DNA of 64,000 bases from NCBI GenBank assembly GCA_963677595.1, contig OY782041.1, positions 3,424,001 through 3,488,000 on the forward strand, written 5' to 3'. Made by a program: the position numbers and the translations under genes. Of this stretch, positions 58,169 through 64,000 are shown one piece after another (the stretch's first letter is position 1; each line of letters opens with the position of its first letter). The notes under the pieces are model-generated. The model saw nothing but the letters and a program-made list of their open reading frames with translations. It had not been told where the DNA came from and ran no database searches. The stretch comes from Spirochaetia bacterium (lineage in GTDB: Bacteria > Spirochaetota > Spirochaetia > CAKZLE01).

Positions 58169-59350
58169 ATGAACCAGCCGATATCGTATGTACTGATCTC
58201 ACCATATACCGTGGCGAAGAGCCGGACCGGGGGGGTGCTTTCACGGCTCTTCTCCCGCCTTGACCTCGAACTCGTAGGGGCACAGATGATCGCCCCTGAC
58301 GAGGAGCTCACCAATGCCTATGCCGATTCCCTGCTCAAGCAGCAGGACCATACCAACCCATGGGCTGCGAAGCTGCTCTCCGATTACATCAGGAAGAACT
58401 TAGGGCCTTCTGGCGGCAGACCGCATAGGTCCCTGCTGCTGCTGTTCCAGGGGGATGACCCCTGCCGCAAGCTCTCCGACATCTGCGGGGCACTCTATGC
58501 GAAGAACCGGAGCGACGAGTCGGTCACCGGCGAGACCATCCGGGACACCTATGCCGATATGATCCTTGACCCGGATGACCCGTTTCGGGTCATCTATTTC
58601 GAGCCGGCAGTCCTCACGCCGAGGATCCAGGAGGTCGCTGATGAGGACCTGCGACTCTTCGCTGCCTGGCTCAAGCCCCAGAAGAACATCGTCGAGAACA
58701 TGGTCTACCCCCATCCTGACAAGATCGAGCGGACGCTCGTGATCATCAAGCCTGATATATGGGCCCATGCCTCCTCGAAGCCGGGGACCATCATCGACAT
58801 CTTCGCCCGTACCGGGTCGAGGATCATCGGGATCAAGGTACACCGGATGTCCGTTGCGGAAGCGAAGGAGTTCTACAAGTCCCTGAGGGGTAACCTGAAG
58901 GCGAAGTATGCCCAAGCGATCGGGGAACAGGCGAAGGATATCCTGGAGAAGGAGTTCGGTGTGCCTCTGAGCCCTGCCGTACCGGCAGCCCTGGCAGAGT
59001 CCTTCGGGAACGTCTACGCGGAGGACCAGTTCCAGCAGGTGATCGAGTTCATGACCGGCATAAACGCGAAAGACTGTCCAGTCGATGAACTGCAGAGCCC
59101 GGGGAAGGTGAAGTGCATGATCCTGATCTACGAGGGTGAGCATGCCGTGGAGAACATCAGGAAGGTCCTTGGACCGACGAACCCCGAGGAGGCCCCGGGA
59201 GGGACCGTCAGGTGCGAGTTCGGCTCGAACATCATGATCAACTCTGCCCATGCCTCGCATGACCTCGAGAACGCGGTACGGGAGATGGAGATCGTTCAGA
59301 TCGAGAAGAACAACTGCACCGACCTGCTCGAAATCTATCTGAACAGCTAA
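58169..59350 (+). CDS. ndk: Two-domain nucleoside-diphosphate kinase family protein
   Basis: C-terminal domain ERTLVIIKPD...IRKVLGPTNP..A.GGTVR.EFG.N.M.NSAHAS; degenerate N-terminal NDK-like domain (GETIRDTY). Start 58169 or 58151. Confidence 0.85.
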   Translation: MNQPISYVLISPYTVAKSRTGGVLSRLFSRLDLELVGAQMIAPDEELTNAYADSLLKQQDHTNPWAAKLLSDYIRKNLGPSGGRPHRSLLLLFQGDDPCRKLSDICGALYAKNRSDESVTGETIRDTYADMILDPDDPFRVIYFEPAVLTPRIQEVADEDLRLFAAWLKPQKNIVENMVYPHPDKIERTLVIIKPDIWAHASSKPGTIIDIFARTGSRIIGIKVHRMSVAEAKEFYKSLRGNLKAKYAQAIGEQAKDILEKEFGVPLSPAVPAALAESFGNVYAEDQFQQVIEFMTGINAKDCPVDELQSPGKVKCMILIYEGEHAVENIRKVLGPTNPEEAPGGTVRCEFGSNIMINSAHASHDLENAVREMEIVQIEKNNCTDLLEIYLNS

Positions 59351-59370
59351 GTATTCCGTGCTGTGAGACG

Positions 59371-59399
59371 AAAAAAAGAGGGGAGCATCAGCTCCCCTT
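59371..59399. terminator. Terminator between convergent ndk and gltA
   Basis: AAAAAAAGAGGGGAGC-atca-GCTCCCCTT. Confidence 0.75.
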
Positions 59400-59407
59400 C
59401 GTTGTTT

Positions 59408-60697
59408 CTAGCGCTCCTCGATGGGAACGACGACCTTCTGCTCCGGCCCGATATAGTGCTGTCTCGGTCTCCCGATCCGCTCGTAGGGGTCATGGTGCCA
59501 CTCGAGGAAGTGGGCGATCCAGCCCGGCAGCCGGCCGAGGGCGAACATGACGGTGTACATGTTCAGGGGGATCCCCATGGCCCGGAAGATGATCCCGGTA
59601 TAGAAGTCTACATTGGGGTAGAGGTTCCGCTCGATGAAGTAGTCATTGTTCAATGCCTCATGCTCCAGTTCCTTGGCGATGTCAAGCAGCGGGTCGCTCT
59701 TGCCGAGGTCATCGAGGACCTCCTCGCAGAGTTTCCGGGCTATCTTCGCCCTCGGGTCGTAGGTCTTGTAGACCCGGTGGCCGAAGCCCATGAGCCTGAA
59801 GGGGTCATTCTTGTCCTGGGCCTTCGCGACGACCTGTTTGACGGTGAGTCCCTCGTCCCTGATCTGCTCGAGCATCTCGATGACTGCCTGGTTAGCACCG
59901 CCGTGCCTCGGTCCCCACAGCGCGCAGATACCTGCTGAGACTGCGGCATAGAGGTTGGCCTCGGATGAGCCGATGAGCCGTACGGCTGTGGTGGAGCAGT
60001 TCTGCTCATGGTCCGCGTGGATGATCAGGAGCTTGTTCAGCGCCCTGATATGGACCGGGTTCGGGACATACTCCCGCACCGGTGTGTTGAACATCATGTT
60101 GAGGAAGTTCGCACAGTAGGAGTACTTATAGCTCGGGTTGACGAAATCAAGCCCGTGCAGCTTCCGGTAGGTGAAGGCGGCGATCGTCCTCATCTTGGAG
60201 AGGAGCCTCGTCACGGTCAGGTCCATCATGGTCTCAGGATCCGCATCGAGGTCTATCTCAGGATAGAAGGAGGAGAGCGAGACGACCATGGCGGCAAGGA
60301 CCGACATGGGGTGGGCATGGTCAGGGTAGCCCTTGAAGAAGTCGACCATGTCGACATGCAGCAGGGAGTGGTGGTTGAGCAGTTCCTGGTATTTGTGCCG
60401 CTCCTTCAGGTTCGGGAGTGTCCCGTGGACGAGGAGGTAGGCGACTTCTACGAAGTCGCACTTCTCGACCAGGTCTTCGATCGGGTACCCGCGGTACTGC
60501 AGGATCCCCTTCTCCCCGTCGAGGTAGGTGATCGCACTCTGGCAGGAGCCGGTGTTGCCGAAACCGGGATCGTAGGTGATCATGCCGGTATCCTTGCGAA
60601 GACTCCTGATATCGAGGGAAGATCCGTTCCTGTTATCCTTCAGGACCGGGAACTCATAGACCTGCTTGTCGTCAATGAAGAGTTTTGCTTTATCCAT
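59408..60697 (-). CDS. gltA: Si-citrate synthase
   Basis: Start MDKAKL at 60697 (AAGGAGG RBS). HADHEQNCST, GPRHGGAN, GFGHRVYK, YPNVDF. Confidence 0.97.
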   Translation of the reverse strand: MDKAKLFIDDKQVYEFPVLKDNRNGSSLDIRSLRKDTGMITYDPGFGNTGSCQSAITYLDGEKGILQYRGYPIEDLVEKCDFVEVAYLLVHGTLPNLKERHKYQELLNHHSLLHVDMVDFFKGYPDHAHPMSVLAAMVVSLSSFYPEIDLDADPETMMDLTVTRLLSKMRTIAAFTYRKLHGLDFVNPSYKYSYCANFLNMMFNTPVREYVPNPVHIRALNKLLIIHADHEQNCSTTAVRLIGSSEANLYAAVSAGICALWGPRHGGANQAVIEMLEQIRDEGLTVKQVVAKAQDKNDPFRLMGFGHRVYKTYDPRAKIARKLCEEVLDDLGKSDPLLDIAKELEHEALNNDYFIERNLYPNVDFYTGIIFRAMGIPLNMYTVMFALGRLPGWIAHFLEWHHDPYERIGRPRQHYIGPEQKVVVPIEER

Positions 60698-61019
60698 TGG
60701 CTGGTGTTCCTCCTTAAGCAGTATTGCCAGTGAGATACAGTTCACCCGGAATCCCGGATGAGGTCTAACATATCATATCCTGTACCGGCGTATCGCCGTG
60801 ACAGGAGCTGTTTTGTAACGTTCTTGGAAGCTGCTCCTCAGGAATATCCTCTTTCAGAATCTTCCTGGAGATGGTATTCTATCATTCGCCTTATCAGTAT
60901 AATCCAGCAGTAGTGACTTTACTACATCTTTTGTTGTATTGTATAAAAATTTAAGAGTTTTGGCAAGATGGGGTGTTTTCTGTATATTTATGCAAAAAAC
61001 ATACTCTTAAGGAGGGTGT

Positions 61020-61841
61020 ATGGGGAAGATTCACTGGGGAACGGTCTACATCACGGGTGGATCGAGCGGGATCGGGTTCGCTATCGCCCGACGGGTCATC
61101 TCAGAGGGCGGGAACGTCGTGCTCTTCGCCCGGAACCAGGCAAGGCTGGAGCAAGCCCGTAGTGAACTCGGTGAGCAGTGCAGTATTCTTCCCCTCGATA
61201 TTTCCTCCACCGATGAGATCACGAAGGTGATCGATGATGCCGTGACTCAGATAGGTCCCCCTGATACCCTCATCAACTGTGCCGGGATGTCATACCCGGA
61301 CCACTTCCACCAGATGGACCTTTCAGTCATGCTCAAGACGATCCAAACGAACCTCGTCGGGACTATCGCAGTCACGAGGTCGGTCCTCCCATCCATGCAA
61401 GAGGGAGGCTGCATCGTGAATGTCTCTTCTATCGCCGGATTCGTCGGTACCTACGGGTATACAGCCTACAGCGCCTCGAAGTTCGGCATCATCGGGTTCT
61501 CACAGGCTCTGCGGAATGAACTGCGGCCTGAGGGGATACGGGTCTCCGTGCTCTGTCCTCCGGACACGGATACCCCGCAGCTCACGCAGGAGAACAAGAC
61601 GAAACCCCCAGAGACCTTTGCGATCTCCGGGAATGCCAAGCTGATGAGTGCTGATGCGGTCGCTGCCGCGATGGTGCATGGGGTGAAGAGGAATCGGTTC
61701 CTGATCATACCGGGGATATCAGGGAAGCTGATCTACCTGGTGAACCAGCTGGCTCCCGGGATCGTCCGCATGGTGATGGACTCGACCGTGCGGGCGACTC
61801 GGAAGAAAGAAGGGATTACGCGAAGATTCCTGAAGCGCTGA
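61020..61841 (+). CDS. SDR, 3-ketodihydrosphingosine-reductase (KDSR)-like subfamily
   Basis: TGGSSGIG, NCAG, YTAYSASKF, PPDTDTP...ENKTKP.ET. Confidence 0.85.
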   Translation: MGKIHWGTVYITGGSSGIGFAIARRVISEGGNVVLFARNQARLEQARSELGEQCSILPLDISSTDEITKVIDDAVTQIGPPDTLINCAGMSYPDHFHQMDLSVMLKTIQTNLVGTIAVTRSVLPSMQEGGCIVNVSSIAGFVGTYGYTAYSASKFGIIGFSQALRNELRPEGIRVSVLCPPDTDTPQLTQENKTKPPETFAISGNAKLMSADAVAAAMVHGVKRNRFLIIPGISGKLIYLVNQLAPGIVRMVMDSTVRATRKKEGITRRFLKR

Positions 61842-62715
61842 GACGGTCGATCGCCTGGATCAACGCCTGTGTCCCGTCAGTCCCATGCCCGGAAGCCTGG
61901 ACTGCCAGGTAGAGCTGGTGCACCAGGGCAAGGCCGGGAAGGGATAGTCCCATGTTCTGGGCCTCTTCGAGTGCGATCCCCATATCCTTGATGAAGTGGT
62001 CTACGAAGAATCCCGGTGCGAAATCCTTTTTGATGACCCTTGGGGCCAGGTTATCAAGGGTCCAGCAGCCTGCAGCACCCTTGCTGATCGTGGAGACCAT
62101 GGTCGCCACGTCAAGGCCTGCCTTGTAGCCGTAGAGCAGCGCCTCGCTGACCCCGATCATGGTGCCCGCGATGGTGATCTGGTTGCACATCTTGGTGTGC
62201 TGTCCGGCTCCGGCTTTCCCTTCGAAGACGATGTTCTTTCCCATGAGCTCGAAGAGCGGGAGCACATCATCGAAGATCTCCTTCTCCCCGCCGGCCATGA
62301 TCGCAAGCCGGGCTTCCCGTGCACCGACATCCCCCCCTGATACCGGGGCATCGATGAAGTGCGCGCCTGCCTCAGCAGCCTTCACGGCGATGCTCTCGGC
62401 GAGGGACGGTTTGGTCGTGGTCATGTCGATCAGGATAGTTCCTGCCTTCACGGCAGAGGTGAGCTCGTTATAGACGTCCTCGACATCTTTCGGGTACCCG
62501 ATGATGGTGAAGATGACATCAGCCTGCTCGGCTACTGCCGCAGGGGAGTCTGCCCAGACGGCTCCCGCATCAAGCAGGGGCTGCGCCTTGGCCGCAGTCC
62601 GGTTGTGGACGACAGCCTTGTAGCCTGCATCCATAAGGTGCTGGCACATCCATCGTCCCATGACTCCGGTACCGATCCAGCCGATCGTATGTGTTGAAGG
62701 GGTGATTGTTCCCAT
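61816..62715 (-). CDS. Beta-hydroxyacid dehydrogenase (3-hydroxyisobutyrate/tartronate-semialdehyde reductase family)
   Basis: IGWIGTGVMG, FIDAPVSGG, TKMCNQ, F.PGF..DHF.KD; start 62715 after GGAGG. Confidence 0.93.
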   Translation of the reverse strand: MGTITPSTHTIGWIGTGVMGRWMCQHLMDAGYKAVVHNRTAAKAQPLLDAGAVWADSPAAVAEQADVIFTIIGYPKDVEDVYNELTSAVKAGTILIDMTTTKPSLAESIAVKAAEAGAHFIDAPVSGGDVGAREARLAIMAGGEKEIFDDVLPLFELMGKNIVFEGKAGAGQHTKMCNQITIAGTMIGVSEALLYGYKAGLDVATMVSTISKGAAGCWTLDNLAPRVIKKDFAPGFFVDHFIKDMGIALEEAQNMGLSLPGLALVHQLYLAVQASGHGTDGTQALIQAIDRLSASGIFA

Positions 62716-62825
62716 TGGTTCCTCCATGTTCAATATGAATCTTTATATATGATATATAATATACAAAAACCAAGGTTGTGGCAAAAGGCAGAAAGCCGTT
62801 TGGTGTGAATCTTTGGTAAAAACAA

Positions 62826-62875
62826 GGGGATTGCCTTTTGGCAATCCCCCGGGGACTGCCTACCAAGCAGTCCCC
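62826..62875 (-). terminator. Tandem hairpins downstream of argG
   Basis: GGGGATTGCC-tttt-GGCAATCCCC immediately followed by GGGGACTGC...GCAGTCCCC. Confidence 0.7.
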
Positions 62876-62910
62876 TCACATCAAATGCTACGCATGTAAG
62901 CTTTCTTGAA

Positions 62911-64000
62911 TTATGCCTTTCTCCAGTTGTAGGGACCGGTCTTCCTCAGGACCACGTTGTGGGCCTGGAGTCTCATACCGTTGATGTTGATGAATCCCTT
63001 GCAGTCGATCGGGTTGTATCCGCCCTCGACCTCCATGCTGGAGAGGTCCTGGTTGTAGAGGGAGGTAGGGGAGGTCCTTCCGATAGTCATGATGTTCCCC
63101 TTGTAGAGGGCGAGCTTCACTTCACCGGTGATGTCCTCCTGGCTCTTGTAGATCGCGCTGAGGATGAAGTCCATCTCAGGGGAGAACCACAGGCCGTTGT
63201 AGATGAGCTCAGCGAACTTCGGGATGAACATGTCCCTGAGGTGCATGACCTCCTTGTCCATGGCAACGCCTTCCAAGTCCCTGTGAGCTTCCCAGAGGAT
63301 CGTACCTCCCGGAGTCTCGTATACACCCCTCGACTTCAGGCCGACGTACCGGTTCTCAACCATGTCGATCCTACCGATGGCGTTCTCGCCGCCTACCTTG
63401 TTGAGGTAGAGGAAGAGCTCGAGGGGATCGGTCATGACCGTACCGTCATTCTCGTTGACGAGCTTGACCGGGAGTCCGTCCTTGAAGGTGATGCTTAAGA
63501 TCGTCTCCTCATCAGGGGCGTCCTTGGGGGACTTCGTCAGGGAGAACACGTCCTCAGGACACCTCATGGCGGGGTCTTCCAGGATACCGGCCTCGTGGCT
63601 GATATGCAGGAGGTTCTCATCCTCGCTGTAGGGTTTTGACTTGGAAGCCTTGATCGGGATGTTGTACTTGTCGGCATAGGCGATCAGGTCGGTCCTTCCC
63701 TTGAACTGCTCGAGGAACTCCTCGTCCTTCCAGGGTGCGATGATCTGCACGTCCGGCATCAGGGCATAGAACCCGAACTCGAACCGTACCTGGTCGTTAC
63801 CCTTTCCGGTAGCACCGTGTGAGACGTATTTCGTTCCCTCTTTCTTAGCGATTTCTATATGGCGTTTGGCGATGAGCGGCCGTGCGATAGAGGTCCCGAG
63901 CAGGTACCTGCCTTCGTAGATCGCATTTCCCTGCATTGCCGGGAAGATGTAATCGGTAACCAGTTCCTCTTTGAGGTCTTCGACATATACCTTGGATGCA
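62911..64000 (-). CDS. argG: Argininosuccinate synthase, 5' end lies outside the window
   Basis: [50 protein letters not shown]. Confidence 0.97.
   Translation of the reverse strand, partial: ASKVYVEDLKEELVTDYIFPAMQGNAIYEGRYLLGTSIARPLIAKRHIEIAKKEGTKYVSHGATGKGNDQVRFEFGFYALMPDVQIIAPWKDEEFLEQFKGRTDLIAYADKYNIPIKASKSKPYSEDENLLHISHEAGILEDPAMRCPEDVFSLTKSPKDAPDEETILSITFKDGLPVKLVNENDGTVMTDPLELFLYLNKVGGENAIGRIDMVENRYVGLKSRGVYETPGGTILWEAHRDLEGVAMDKEVMHLRDMFIPKFAELIYNGLWFSPEMDFILSAIYKSQEDITGEVKLALYKGNIMTIGRTSPTSLYNQDLSSMEVEGGYNPIDCKGFININGMRLQAHNVVLRKTGPYNWRKA

Noticed and set aside
1089-63631. Many long antisense or alternate-frame ORFs (e.g. 1536-2393, 13309-14391, 17862-18827, 26366-27223, 56541-57638, 58400-59260)
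   Set aside because: They are shadows of well-supported genes in GC-rich DNA, with no motifs or RBS.

Overview
64 kb of chromosome from an anaerobic bacterium, most likely a free-living spirochaete (inferred from the 'MKK...FAxG(Q/T)xE' solute-binding-protein N-termini, a spirochaetal-type lipobox and a two-domain NDK). Most of the window is carbon-catabolic and transport genes. The main find is a gene block at 7776-21423: two aroQ paralogues, a TIM-barrel protein, a TRAP transporter, HMG/CHA aldolase, type-2 LDH, aldehyde:ferredoxin oxidoreductase with MoaD, an SDR, a cupin, an IolN-like beta-diketone hydrolase, a Zn-dehydrogenase, an M24 hydrolase and GntR. Its enzyme families assemble into a chemically complete, non-aromatic anaerobic route from quinate/shikimate to pyruvate plus oxaloacetate (inference). 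The window also holds an AT-rich sulfatase/UroD-like/ABC island bracketed by a ~105-bp duplication of a betaine-binding-protein gene 3' end, and two toxin-less antitoxin genes. A full-length class-IIC-type group II intron with an AGC triad is inserted between tRNA-Pro(GGG) and its terminator. A trimeric [FeFe]-hydrogenase has its NuoF-like subunit fused to a GltD-like NADPH domain. An acn/icd/gltA/argG/amino-acid-ABC region carries ARG-box-like operators. All product calls rest on motif recognition by eye; no database searches were run.
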